DNA of 64,000 nt, from positions 4,216,001-4,280,000 of the forward strand of contig NC_081396.1 of assembly GCF_030684315.1 (NCBI RefSeq). Reading direction: 5' to 3'. Positions 29,353 to 42,199 of the stretch are shown here, in pieces. Made by a program: the position numbers and the translations under genes. The notes under the pieces were generated by a model. The model did no database searches. It was given only the letters and a program-made list of their open reading frames with translations, and was not told the origin of the DNA. The stretch is from Stegostoma tigrinum. Its lineage: Eukaryota. Positions within the stretch are counted from its first letter, which is position 1; every line of letters starts with the position of its first letter.

Positions 29353-30206
29353 TCTATTTATCTATCTATCTACCGACCTACTGATCCATCTCAAAATGAT
29401 AATGTGCTGTTGCGATCCTCCAGTGAATTCAAATTTCCATAGTGTCTGAAATTCTGCAAATGCTTCCTTTCATGATAAAGGCACACAACTGAAATATAAA
29501 CTTTGTTTTCCCATCATTGCTGGTTGGTATATTTGTTGATACACGTGTGATGGCTATGTTTTGAAGCTGTTTTGAAGCCAAGCGGTCAACAGTGAGGAAA
29601 AGTATTTTTTGATTTACTGCTGACACTCCAAATGCTTCGATACATGAACATTTGAACTCTAGGATATTTTCTGCAATTGGCTTGATTGCTTTCAGACATT
29701 GTGCCTCACAGATTAAAGGAATATGAATCAATTAAAACGAAACTTCACCAAACTCACTTCTTTTTTTTTTCTTTTCCAATTGCACACAAAGGATGGACAT
29801 CACTTGACATGGCTTCCTTGAAAGAGTTCACTGAGTACAGCTTTTACTGCGTGACTTTGAAAAAAAAATGAAATTCACTTTGCACTAGTAATTTCTATTA
29901 CTTCTAAATAATAGTCATTCTAGTTGGTTGTTTATAAATTATTTAGCTGTTATTGACTATTTTAAAGCTCTAGGGCGTGAAGTCAACGGATCCAAATTTG
30001 CTTTGCAGTGATACTTGTTATCATCTCAAACTAAATTTACAAAATTTAATTTGTTTGAACTCGCATAGATTGTTGCATCATTCTCCTATCGTTTAAACTG
30101 TGTGAACAATTTTTAAATGGCTGGCGCTGATTTCGTGTAATGCTTAATTTCTGCCAATGTCTCTTTTTTAACAGTGCCTGTCAGAGCTACCAATGAAGAG
30201 AGAAAT

Positions 30207-30385
30207 AGAGAACAAAGTGTGGAGCTAGATGAACACAGCAGGCCAAGCGGCATCTCAATAACACAAAAGCTGACGTTTCAGGCCTGGGCCCTGTGCTCCT
30301 GAGATGCTGCTTGGCCTGCTGTGTTCATCCAGCTCCACACTTTGTTATCTTGGATTCTGCAGCATCTGCAGTTCCCATTATCTCA
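30207..30385. mobile_element. Palindromic Penelope-derived short element, 15-bp TSD with 1 mismatch
   Basis: AATGAAGAGAGAAAT (30192-30206) and AATGAATAGAGAAAT (30386-30400); inverted arms aacaaagtgtggagct..gatgaacacagcaggccaagc; central ribozyme core partly deleted. Confidence 0.85.
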
Positions 30386-30843
30386 AATGAATAGAGAAAT
30401 GATCTGTTTATGACCTGCGTCAGTGGCAATCGTTGGAATACTCTCGAACTGACCATACACACATGGTATACCTACACAGTTACCGACAATTATTTGGTTG
30501 CTGGGCATATTTGGTTTTTTTTTTGCTTATCGACTGGCCAGTTCTGATTCATGAGATTCTCTTTCAAAAGTTTATTTGAATGTCACTTTTTTCTGCCAAT
30601 TCACTGTTTATTTATTGGTCATGCAGTTTTCCATTAACATGCATTTTCAAATGAGTATGTTGGGCCAAACCAATTTGAAAAACATTACACGAGAAATGTT
30701 CTTCAATGTAACAAAGTTTTTTCTCATCCCAGGAGTTCAGCCTGTTTCATCACATACACCTACATTTTAAACATGGTCGTATCGGGCGCATTCTGTATTA
30801 AGTTGCCGAAATTAAATTTAGAAACGTCTGATATGAATTATGC

Positions 30844-30844
<1 letters not shown>

Positions 30845-30898
<54 letters not shown>

Positions 30899-30908
30899 CG
30901 CGCGCGTG
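30845..30908. repeat. (TG)23(CG)8TG compound microsatellite
   Basis: 64 bp of uninterrupted purine-pyrimidine alternation. Confidence 0.95.
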
Positions 30909-31277
30909 GTGTGCAACAGAGACTTGGATAGTGCCCAAAAAGCAATTTTATTGGCTGACAATATTCATAAACATTTTAATCGTTTTATCCGCTTGTCAAT
31001 GAAGTTCACGAAATAAAGTGAGTTCATTTCGAATTGGAAATTTTACTGTCTTAAGTAAAATAATGAAAACTGTCATCTGATCAATACCTCTGGCTGCTTA
31101 ATTGCACATTCGCCACTAAAAATATGCGAATAAGTCTCATCTCTCAGTGCAACAAAACAAATAACAAAAGACAGAAAAATGTCCATGTTAAAGAGTAACC
31201 TTGCATAAATATATTAGCCCATCTGTGAGGACTATAGAAGGTCGCATGAGGATTCAGTAGCAGCCTCCAGCAGGAAT

Positions 31278-31325
31278 CCAATGGGCGGAGTCTGTGAACC
31301 TTCCACCTCTGATGGGCACATAAAT
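31278..31325 (+). promoter_or_regulatory. Putative VH promoter core: CCAAT box, GC box, TATA-like
   Basis: CCAAT 31278-31282 abutting GGGCGG 31283-31288; CATAAAT 31319-31325, about 90 bp before the leader ATG. Confidence 0.55.
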
Positions 31326-31413
31326 TCTGGTCACTGCACTGTAATTCAACACTCCTCGACTTGGGGTTTGTTTCGAAAGGTCTTGGCAGAATCATCTTCC
31401 CCAAGCTTTCAGA

Positions 31414-31462
31414 ATGGTGACGACGACAATTTTTCTGAGTTTGTTCCTGACTCTCTTATCCA
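31414..31462 (+). CDS. IGHV: IgM VH leader exon (MVTTTIFLSLFLTLLS)
   Basis: ATG at 31414, hydrophobic signal peptide, phase-1 donor A|GTGAGT and a 125-bp intron. Confidence 0.93.
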
Positions 31463-31587
31463 GTGAGTACTTATTCTTCAAGTTTCTGTTTGTTATTATC
31501 CCAGTGTCAGTCTCCATCTGTAATGTAAAAGATTCAGGAACAGTTCATCAGTAAAAATTGTCATTTTATTTTGCTTTATTTCTGAAG

Positions 31588-31892
31588 GTGTCCAGTCGGA
31601 GATTACTTTGGTTCAACCACAGGCAGAGACTGGCCATCCTGAAGGCTCCATGAAATTGACCTGTAAAACCAGCGGATTCAGTCTTGCCAGCTACTGGATG
31701 TATTGGATCCGACAGGTCCCTGGACAGGGGCTGGAGTGGATCGTTAGCTACTATAGTTCATCGAGCAACAACTATGCGCCAGCGATTAAAGATCGATTTA
31801 CTGCGTCCAAAGACACTTCAAGCAATATCTTCGCGTTGGAAATGAAGAACCTGAAGATCGAAGACACTGCCATCTATTACTGTGCAAGAGAC
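31588..31892 (+). CDS. IGHV: IgM VH exon (leader part 2 SVQS plus [45 protein letters not shown])
   Basis: AAG| acceptor at 31587; canonical Cys, Trp and YYCAR; open frame; resembles shark IgM VH. Confidence 0.97.
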
Positions 31893-31931
31893 CACAGAGC
31901 GAGGAACAGTGGCTGGAGAACTACAAGAACA
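31893..31931 (+). other. VH 23-RSS
   Basis: Heptamer CACAGAG 31893-31899, 23-nt spacer, nonamer ACAAGAACA 31923-31931. Confidence 0.92.
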
Positions 31932-32272
31932 GCTCGACGAGACACTTTCTACATTCCAAAGTAAAATGAAGGTTAGTACTTGGTTTTCACGACTATATTG
32001 TGAAGTAGACCTCAAACTGCTTCTGATAACACAATCGCAAAGGAAATCAACCGTTCAAACTGACAAGACAATCAATAAAATAAGGTAATGTTTTGGGCAT
32101 GTCTTATTGCTCCATTAATTAAAGACTTGGACACAATGTCAATATGTCTGACGCCTCAATAAATCTCGGTCAATGGTCTTTTGTAAAGTAAAGCATTAAC
32201 TCCACAATGATCAGTACTAAATATCTATTTCACAACAAAATTGAGACAGAATATTGAAGAGAAATTGAGTGC

Positions 32273-32352
32273 AGCTTCTGTGTGGGTTCACATCACTGTG
32301 ATACTACAGTGGGTCACAGTGATGTGCACACTGACATCCTCATTCAAAAACC
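32273..32352 (+). other. IGHD: D1 segment ATACTACAGTGGGT (32301-32314) with 5' 12-RSS and 3' 22-RSS
   Basis: AGCTTCTGT-12-CACTGTG[D]CACAGTG-22-TCAAAAACC. Confidence 0.93.
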
Positions 32353-32683
32353 ACTGACAAGTGTTTCATTCAAATTGGCGATTAGGGCCGCAGCAGGAGA
32401 GAAAAAAATAAAGTGAGACTTCATTAAAATGCAGTCCAGTCACAATCATTTCTGGAAATGTATAAAAATATTTTACTTCTTTTCGTGTTGATAGCCAAGT
32501 TCAATGTACACCAAACTTTAAATAATCTTCCAAGCAACATTAAACATATAAAGGGGAGTAAGCACTGAAATACTTCACTGAATCATTATTAGAGGAGTTC
32601 AAACCAGCATTTCTCTTTTGCTTGTTTTTGTTTTAGGAAGCAATGAAATTAAGTATCTGCATTTTACAGTATTCAGTCACAAT

Positions 32684-32752
32684 AGTATTTGATATCATGT
32701 ATCTCACAGTGACATACTGGGATACACTGCAATTATGATCAATTCAAAGGCC
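32684..32752 (+). other. IGHD: D2 segment ACATACTGGGATA (32712-32724) with 12-RSS on both sides
   Basis: AGTATTTGA-12-CACAGTG[D]CACTGCA-12-TCAAAGGCC. Confidence 0.88.
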
Positions 32753-33117
32753 CGTCCAGCTCTAATTGTTAGAAACTGAGTTAGTGCTTAATATCACAAA
32801 ACTTGTTAACGTGCAGTGCAGTATTATTTGTGTGGAGTATTCCTCAATTATCACGATTTGATTAGTAATAATGAGATAATTATTGATAACCAGTTGGTGA
32901 TTTTGACAGTCAGTTCATGAATTATTCTGTGAAGTGTAAAACATTAGAATCATTTATCAAGAATGAGTAGAATGCACTTGCTCAATATAAACGTACTGAA
33001 AATTTGACATGATTTTATTTTGCCTGTGATGAAGAATTTTTGAAATAATAACAGTTTTTATTTGTTTGGTGCACAGCCACTTACTGCGTGACATCGTCCA
33101 GGGAATGTAACATTGTG

Positions 33118-33165
33118 ACTACCTTGCTTACTGGGGACAAGGAACCATGGTGACCGTGAATTTAG
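33118..33165 (+). CDS. IGHJ: JH segment (YLAYWGQGTMVTVNL)
   Basis: WGQG motif; upstream heptamer CATTGTG 33111-33117; donor G|GTAAGA. Confidence 0.96.
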
Positions 33166-36100
33166 GTAAGAAACTTGAGTGTTCTTAACAACCAGTATAT
33201 TTGTTTTAACTGTCTACTGACTTGAGTAATTTATGAGTTAAATGAAACTCGGATTCTGAGTTGTGTTCAGTTTGTTTCCAATTGACTTTTCAGCAAAGTG
33301 ATGATAAACTACATTTAAGTCTCAGCAAATAAATAAAGTGCTGGTGAGGGATTCAGTTACTCAGGGTTTCTGTCAGTTGTATTAAACAGCAAATGTTTCT
33401 CTTTGACTATGACGTTGAGACAATGTTTAATGCCATTGACATTGTTATCTGCGAGATATCATCCACAACAAACGTTCAGAATTTGAAGATGTTAAAATAT
33501 TCCCAAGCATTAAGCAAATGTGCCAAATTATTACGAAAAATTTCTTGAAAGTATTCCATGTGTAAAATTCTGTGCTTGTCGTGACTGCATTGTGTCCTTT
33601 AGTTTGTTATTTTAGTTGATGACAAGCACCATCGATTCTGTATCGACTTTTTTCCTGCCTGTGCTGCAGTTCATTTTGTTGATTTGAAAGTTAATCAGTT
33701 TGATTAACACAAAGGATTTTAAACATTTCAATCGATTGATTCAAGCTGATTGGATTCTGAGTTTGTTTTACTTGTCTCTGTTGAATTTCGTTGCTTTAAT
33801 TCTGATTTTGTTTCATTTGATTTTGTTGAATTCAGTTGATTGAAATCTGTTTCTACTTCATTTGAATCTGTTCTGTTGTATTGATTGCATTCCGATTATG
33901 CTTGACTTGACTGTTGAATTGAGTTGTGTGGGTTTTCATAAACTTTGTGAAAGAGAGCTCTGTTTTGATTGAGTTTCATGCTTTCTGTAATTGGTGTTTT
34001 CTTATTTCTCTGCTGACGAGGCTCTCCATATGCATTTTTTAAATTATTAATTTTTTGAAGTTCTTTGCTTTCCCTGCAATCTTTCTGCACTGGCTGAACT
34101 CAATTGGTGACATTCAGCATACTGATTAATTCAAAACATTATATCCGTTTGCAATTGGCTGAATAACCGTCTTAAGACAGAAACACAAAAGATTTGAAGA
34201 TTAAAACAAAAATACAGCATTTTAGTGCATTGTTTTTAATTAAATTCAATTGCAGTAAAATTTAAGTTAAAGTGAATCTGTAATATTTGACATGGATTGA
34301 ACAGATTTATTGACGAGGTTCAAAACTGTTGCACAGTTTGTGCCTCTGCAATTTCTGACTGCCTTATCAAGTGGTCTTAATCTTTTTCAATCCTTTGCTT
34401 TGGTCTCCCGTAACTGAAGCAGTTCAATTCAACTGGTCCATCAAAAATTATTTTATCTGCCATTAATAAAATATTTACTCGACACGTCAGAAATGAAAAC
34501 CCTGTCGAAATCACTAAAATCTGAACCAACAATTCAGAAATGAAAGACAGACTGCAGGTGTTTTGAAATAGGTTGTTACAAATAATGCGTCTACCTTTGA
34601 GCTTTTTTTTTGAGTGAGGCGGTTGAAATAGCATGTGATTTAATTCATTCTTCCCACAGTTTTCCGTGAACATATTTGGGGGTACAATGCAGAATCAGAA
34701 TTTAATATGCATCTTATTATTGGAGTACATTTCGTTGGTTGTTCATGTTACTGGTAAAGGTTAAATTATGCTTCAAGGGATTTTACTGCTTTTGCATTCG
34801 AGAGGATCATCTGGTGCAGCAACACACATTATTCTATTGGAAAGGGGCTTCCCCAGGTTTGAAATCTAATAATGCTTTTGTTTTGCAATGGAATTGTTAG
34901 TTTTATTCCATAGTAGTTGCTTAACAGTTTGTATGATTCAGGAGGACTGTCAAAGTGCATTTAAATAATTTGTGCAATATTCCTTCTCCCGTGAAATGAC
35001 TCTGTAACTATCCGTGGTTGCTGAAAAGTTTTAACAGTTAACATGGTTTATGTATTGTCAAACAGTTGGTCTGTGTTGTCCTAGTTAGTGTCGAGGTGAT
35101 TGTATTCTTGTCTCTTGTGGTGCAGTGGTGGTCTCCCTGACTTTGAGATATGTGGCCCTTGTTCAATTTCAATCTGTTGCAGTGGTACATAATACCATCT
35201 AAAAACACTTTAAATTGTAAATTAAAAACAATTCAATTTCTGTGGGTGTTGTTGGAATTCCAAAAATAGATGCCTGATTCAATCGCTGACTTACATGGCA
35301 GATGGAATTTGTGTGGGGTGGGCAGAAATGGGGTGTTAGTTTTATATTAAATTAAAACAATGTTTGGCCATGGGATTTGGGCGTCACTAGTGGGTTAATT
35401 CAGTTACACCCGACAGAAATTCCAGCTTCTAACTTGCTCTTCTATCAATTGCAGTATTAACAATCCCAAAATTAGTCGTCTCAAAGAATACTTGAGATGA
35501 CATTACTGAGCTTGATTTATTTTATATCAAACGAGCATTGTACGAGATCAGGAGTGATTGATTGCTCAGGAGGATAAGGTTTCCACTGCATCCATCACTT
35601 GCAGCAAATAGTGGCAGATATTCAGTTAATCTTCAGTTTATGTCTCAGTTCGTCCAGCACCTCTACTAAGAACACTTTTCCAGCAGAAACCATGCTAACA
35701 CATTCAGAGTCGAGATGTGAGTTCCCATGCCAGGAAAGATGAAAACAATTTGCTGAAGCAAGGTGTACTGGGCTCGAAAGTGTATCTTTGCGTTCTCTGT
35801 TTAGGAGCCGCTGGAACTGCTGAGTTTCTTCAGCAATTAGTTTATTTTTGTTTCGGACGTCTAGCATTCACAGCTTGTTTGTCTTTTTCTCATGAAAAAT
35901 TCTGTGCTGCCAGTGAAACGAGGTCAGTTGTTCAAAGAGCAAATGTGTGATAATACACTAAGCATTTTCAGTGATATTTCATATTTGATAATCATTGAAA
36001 GTAAGTAACCTATTGTGGAACCATAGTTTCAGAAGGAATATTATCAGAAAGTAGCAGAGGGCAGCAGCTGCTATAATTGTACATGAGTTATTTTGACCAC

Positions 36101-37349
36101 TTAAATGGTGAATGTCGATGCTACTATTCCAAATAATCAACAAGACGTTTCTTTTTTGACAAAATGTTTTCAAGCATTATTTCGTGGAAATGTTTTCACA
36201 GAAATTCTGACTGCCAGTGAAAAGCTAATGTATGACACAAGGACAGGAGGATAGTGACAGATGTAGGGCAAACAAACCCTCGAAAACATCCACCATTTAA
36301 TCAAATCTTGTTGGACTTGAGTCCAAACTACATATCCCTGCGGATTGCCAAAAAAAATTAACACATTTGATCATCAAAAAAATCCATCCGAAACTTATTG
36401 ATTAGATTGCAATTAACAGAGTGTAGTGCCATTTCTAAAAGACAATCCTGTGGTCATTTAATTTTCCATCATGAGGGTCTGTTTAATTGCTCATGAGAAG
36501 AAACTTTAAATTTTTGACAATTTCCAAATTTAACATCACAGTCAAGTTCGTCAGGCTATTTTCATTCAACATTGTATTTCTTTATTCCTGGCAACAGTAC
36601 TATGTGGTTACAAGGCCAGATACGAGGAAACCTTCGTTCCCATTAAAGAATGAAGAAACAGTTCTGTTATTTCAGTGAAAACATAGCGAAACCGCACAGA
36701 AGGAAACCAAATAGCGCGTCATCCTTGAATGGGCATTCAACAAATCCCTCAAATACGTTTCAATCTTCACAATGCGTATTTGTTTCTCTTGATAGACGTG
36801 GAAGTGCCAGAACTCTTACATCTCCTTGAAAAGTTTGTAGTCAGCAGCCGACGTAGAATTGCTGCTCTTCATGTGGCAAGAATCTGTCTGCAGCACTGTT
36901 AGAAAGTGAGTTCAATAACCGTGATCCTAAAATAGGAAATATCAGAGAAATAGCTGCAAGTTAAATCAAGATTGATTTCGAAGTAAGCTTTGAAGTGAAG
37001 CACCTACTTGCTTGTGCTCTCTTGTCCTAAATGTTGGCAGCTTTGAGGCGTGCTGCCAAAAGAAGATGTGGAAATACTAAGAAGTCGATGAAGGCCTCTT
37101 AGATCCTTCAGAATTCCAATCATTTCATAAGATCATGATACTTCTTGTGCTCAGAAGTCCTTCTAATACCCTATACAATTTAAAGTAGTTGTTTACCATT
37201 CGACGTTAGTATTGTGAACCTCTGGAATTTTCTGCCACAGAAAGTGTTTGAGGCAAAAAAAACGATGAAATACATTCAAGAATGATTTTTTTAAGAGATG
37301 AAAGAAACAGGGCGTATGAGCTCAAATATGAAACATAATGTTGAATAAT

Positions 37350-38260
37350 GAAACTTGAAAGCATTGAGTGATGAGAAAGTTTGGAATGACAGCAATATTA
37401 GTCATAAAGTGAGGAGTGAAGAATATTCTCGAAAAGTTCAAAAGGATATTGATTAGCAGCATCAATAGGCTGAAGAATGACAGGCAGAGATTAACTTCGA
37501 TGAATGCGTGGTGTTGTATTATGATGAGAAAAACTAGGGCACGAATAACACAGTTACTGGTCGGGTATTGAGGCGTGTAGTCGAAAAGCGGGAACGAAGA
37601 GTTCAGGTACATCGTTCCTTGGAAGTGGTGGCACAAATAGAGTGGCGAATAAGGCACTTGGCATGCTTGTGTTCACTGGTCCGCACATTGTCTATCAGAG
37701 TCGAAGTGTCAAGTTAATGCTGTACCCGACAATCGTGAGGCCACATTTGGAGGACTGCAGTTAGGACTTGTCGCCCTGCTGCACGAATAATCTTGGTAAT
37801 TAAGAAAGAGTGCAGAACAGACTTGCCAAATGTTACTTGAGGTTTTGAGAGATGGGAAGAGGTTTTTCACTCTGGATGTTTCTTTTAATCCCTTGGTTTT
37901 GGAGGATTAATTTGTGGGTCTATAGAGGATTGTATAATCATGAGGGAAACAGATAGGGGGAACAACAAAGGTTTTCCTATTCTCCTATTTCAGAGGAGAT
38001 CAAAACTACATGCCATAGTTTTAAGTTGGAAAATAAAGTTTTCAAAGGGATCTGTGGGAAACTTTTTCACACAGAGGTTGGTACGTATTTAAATGAACTT
38101 GTAGAGGAAGTGGAAGATGCAGGTACAGTTACAACATGGAAAAAAACAGTTCGACAACACATGCACCAAATGCACGCAAACGGAATTCCTTTAATTTGTG
38201 AATGCTGTCGGCATTAGTGATTTGGACTGCAGGGTCGGTTTTTATGCAGTATGTCTCCAT
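37350..38260 (+). mobile_element. Decayed CR1 in the J-C intron
   Basis: Remnants such as aatcgtgaggccacatttggaggactgc and ORF 38026 KLFHTEVG..NELVEEVEDAGTVTT. Confidence 0.7.
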
Positions 38261-40832
38261 AATTCTGTGACTCAATTGTGGGCCTGGCTCGAAATTCGAA
38301 GGTGGTGAGCCAGTGAATGGATACAGTGTGAGCTGGGAGGCATTGATGTGTTGAGTCGCTACCGGATGAGCTGGCACCCACATAGCTTGGCAGTTTAGAA
38401 TCCATGCAAATGATTATGATTATGAGGAAATGGTTTCGCTGAATAGTGCTTGGTAGGTGAGGAGTCGATTTAGTGGAAATCTTGTCAGTGTGTAATGTGC
38501 CAGATTGGTTGCTTGACAGATCAGCAGTTTGCGGGATTGTTTGGGTGATAGATGAAGGCAGTAATGAAATAGCAGGAGGTCATCATGCACAATATAAAGC
38601 TCGCAGTTTGACAAAGTGGCAGGTTGTAAACAACGGAAGAAAAATGGATGAGAAGGAAGGTGGTTTGGAATGTTCACAGCTTGATTGGCTAAGATGATAG
38701 TTAAATTTTAGAGGCCTTGAGGTCATGCATAAAGGAGTTGTGTCCTCACGACGGTGACAGGTACTGTAAGGGTCAGATACAAATGATCCATGTGCAGAGT
38801 GGCAGGAGGGGAATTGATTTTAAGGAACCATATGTCCATGCCCAGCTAGAATAACGATTATCTTGGAATGCGTGATATACTCCTGGAAAGGATTTCTTGC
38901 ATTCCAGAGTGAGTAGATGCATGACGGTGTGAGGCTTATACATGTCAGGGTAGGTTTAAGACAGAGTGAGAGAGAGTGGTGCTCAGACTGAGAAATTAAG
39001 AGTTTTGCGGTGATTTGGGTGTCAAGTTGATAGTTCAAGCACACTTGTTAATTTCTTGAATCATTCCTTGCAAAATATTTAGCAGTAAACCATCGTTCAC
39101 CAAAGACTCTGATCCTGAATAGAGGAGCACATATTTTCAGAGGCCTCCAGAGTACAGATAATTGCCCATGATCACTTTGAACTTCCATTCATTTGGCATG
39201 AGGTCAACTTTGATATACGTTCTCACAGTTCTCATCCTCCGCTCCTCTGGGCACTGATGGAGCAATGCTCTTCCGCGAGAAAAATATTTTGACTTATATT
39301 GACAATGGATAGTGAGTTTCCCAACGCACTTGTGCCAAGTATATTCAATCTCCCAGAAGAGTGACTTTTAATATTTCTCTTCATAACGTTATTGTCGCTG
39401 CTGAAGCCGACATCGTCGAAATGCTACGGGCTGTCATTAAAAAAAAAGAACTTGACTTACTCTGCAAATACTATGACGATAAGAGCAAAACATATGCCAG
39501 ACATTTTCAGATAGTAATTTATCTGCTGTCTCCAAATACCTGGTCAGCATCGACAAGACACTGGACAGCGGTGTGATGGGATACTGTCCACTCCTCTGGA
39601 TGAGTGAAACTTGAATAGTATTTAATAAACTTGGCACCATTCAGCACAAAGGAATGCATTTGTTTGGCATCTCATTTATCATGCACAATATTCATTTCTT
39701 TTCTTCAAATGCAGTGGGACCGTTAGGATATCTGCGAGTTAGAAAGCAGAAAATCAGTTAGCTTCCTTACCCTGCAGATTTTGAGCCCACCACCGAGAAC
39801 ACCATGAAGAATGGGGCAGCAAACGAAAGACATCACAACCAACTGTAACATATTCTCTCCGTGTAACAATATTTGCGCTTCTTCACAACTGTTAGGCCTA
39901 ACATTCTACTACACCCTTCCAAGAAATTATATGAGTACCTGCTTTGTAAGGTCTATAATGGTGGAAGAAAGCAACTTTCCTGCACACACCCATGGATAAA
40001 AAGAAACTTGCAAAGACTGTGACTGGAGACAGCAATGCCGACATCACATGTACAAATCTAATCAAACAATATAAGGGCGATTTTTTTTTTCTTTTTCAAA
40101 CTCGGCAGTTGTTTGTCCTTCATTGCTTGTCTGGTGATGCACTTTGAAGTCTCTAATATGAGGGCATATACTGCCAAAACTATATTCTCTACCTACTGCA
40201 CCAGGTGTTCAAACTGGAAGGACGTGAAATTATCAGTCATGATTCTGTGACACGGCAGCATCAGACAACAGAAAGGGCGCGGCATCACTGATTTACTTCC
40301 TTAATCCAAGACACGTCATGGAGTCAGGAGTCAATGATGATCACTGCCTTGCAACTCAACCCCAAATGTCTGGCAATGCCCTACCACTTCAGATGGATCT
40401 GCTGGCAGCTGGAATGGGATTTTTCAAATGGTGAAACATATGAAATTTGTTGGCTTGCAAAGTCCTAATTTCCTTCCAGACAAATCACTTTTCTGTAATG
40501 TTAGACTGGAATTATTCGGAATGTGTTCACTCTGAGTCCCAAAACACAGGAAATCAGGAAAGTCGCTTAAAATTCTTACAGGCTTTTGTGATTGTTTCAT
40601 TGTAATCCTGTAATAGGGATTACACAGTCACTTTTCAATTTAGTCAATCAAAAATCTTTGGGCGCATGGGGAATCTGATGTGGCATGAGATGGCAGCGGT
40701 CAATTTTCGTGAACCTATTTACACAAGCACAGTCACAGAAAGGACAAGACAATTTATCTTTCAAAGAGCTCTTTTGATTGAGAAGTATGGAAGTCTCTCT
40801 CTCTTTCTCCATCTCTCTCTCTATTTGCCAGA

Positions 40833-40835
<3 letters not shown>

Positions 40836-40882
<47 letters not shown>
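40836..40882. repeat. (AC)n microsatellite
   Basis: Direct reading. Confidence 0.95.
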
Positions 40883-40884
<2 letters not shown>

Positions 40885-41239
40885 TCTTTGGAGAATAATC
40901 AAAGTTCTGAGGAAGGATCACTGGACCAGAAAATTTAAGATCTCTTTCCTTGGATGTTGCCAGAGCTGCTGAGAATTTTCCAGAAATTTCTCGTTTTGTT
41001 TCTCATTTACAGCACCTGTCATGTTTTGGGTTCTATTCATTTGAACTCCTCCTCTATTCAGCTGTCGTCCATCTGAAATATCAAACTTAATATTGGCAAA
41101 ATCTTTAAAAACTGAATGGTGATGGGATTAAAGTATTTTTATTCCTTAGTTAAAACAGATAAGACGTGCTCCTGGAGAGCAAAGTAACAGATCATGACCA
41201 ACAAAAGACAGAAAGCAAAACTAAGCTGAATTTATGCTG

Positions 41240-41545
41240 TTCAAAGGACCCAGGTTCCCTTTCATCCTCGGGCGTCTGTCTGTGCTGATTTTGCACATTC
41301 TCCCCATGTCTGCGTGTGTTTCTGCCGGGTGTTCCCGTTTCCAACCACAGTCCAAAGTGTCCAGGTTAGCTGGAATGGCCATTCAATATTGCTCAAAGTG
41401 CAAAGGGGTATGTATGTTCGGTGGATGAGCCATGAGAAATTCAGTGTTAATGGGGAGGGGACTGATTCTAGTTGTGCTGCTGTTCGGAGCGGCAGTGTGG
41501 ATGTGTTGGACTGAATGTCTGTTTTCACACTGTAAGGATCCTATG
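41240..41545 (+). mobile_element. HE1-like SINE immediately upstream of Cmu1
   Basis: ggacccaggttc..ttgcacattctccccatgtctgcgtg..acactgtaaggatcctatga body and tail. Confidence 0.75.
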
Positions 41546-41588
41546 AATTAATAGAGTCTAACTTGCTTAATCTGACATTCTTTCCCAG

Positions 41589-41885
41589 TGACTCCATCTT
41601 CCCCGACACTTTATGGTCTAGTCTCCTGTCGTGAACACAGCACTGATGACTCTGTGATTTTTGGATGCTTGGCGATGGACTACTCCCCTGATGTCACTAC
41701 TGTGACCTGGAAGAAAGATGGGACGCAGATCACGAATGGATTTAAGACATACCCATCGGTGAGAAACAAGAAGGGAACTTATACCCTGAGCAGCCAGTTA
41801 GCCCTGACCGGTGCAGATGCGCATTGTGGAAAAGTCTACTGTGAGGTTCGACACAGCGGGTCCGACAAGAGCAAAGAAATACAAT
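41589..41885 (+). CDS. IGHM: IgM Cmu1 exon
   Basis: CAG| acceptor; (V)TPSSPTLYGLVSC..FGCLAMDYSP..TWKKDG..YTLSSQL..YCEVRH; donor T|GTAAGT; 297 nt. Confidence 0.96.
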
Positions 41886-42199
41886 GTAAGTGTTGTGGGA
41901 ACGTGGTAGACAGATATGTGTGCTTTACATAAATACGGTCTTATTCATAACAACATTTCACAGAATCCTAGATCTTTACATCAGAAAAAAAGCCCGTCGG
42001 CCTATCTCGTACATACAAAAGAAAACTACCCATCTATTCCAGCCCATTTGCCCACACAGAATGAATTGCCTTGTTGATTTGACATTGCAAGTGTAGGCTT
42101 CAATATTTTTGACATGTTATAAAGTTTTCAGCTTCAACATGACTCACAGGCATGCGGCTCCAATTCCAACATTGTCTGGATGATTTATTCCATTCAAAA

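Noticed and set aside
32705-32743. D2 5' heptamer CACAGTG acting as a bidirectional RSS
   Set aside because: No acceptable nonamer at 12 or 23 nt in the forward direction
35105-35170. tRNA-like A/B boxes
   Set aside because: No cloverleaf; most likely a decayed SINE head
38404-38411. Perfect octamer ATGCAAAT in the J-C intron as an E-mu enhancer
   Set aside because: Isolated, adjacent to TE remnants, and the same 8-mer recurs at 42452, 51091 and 55173 in AT-rich DNA
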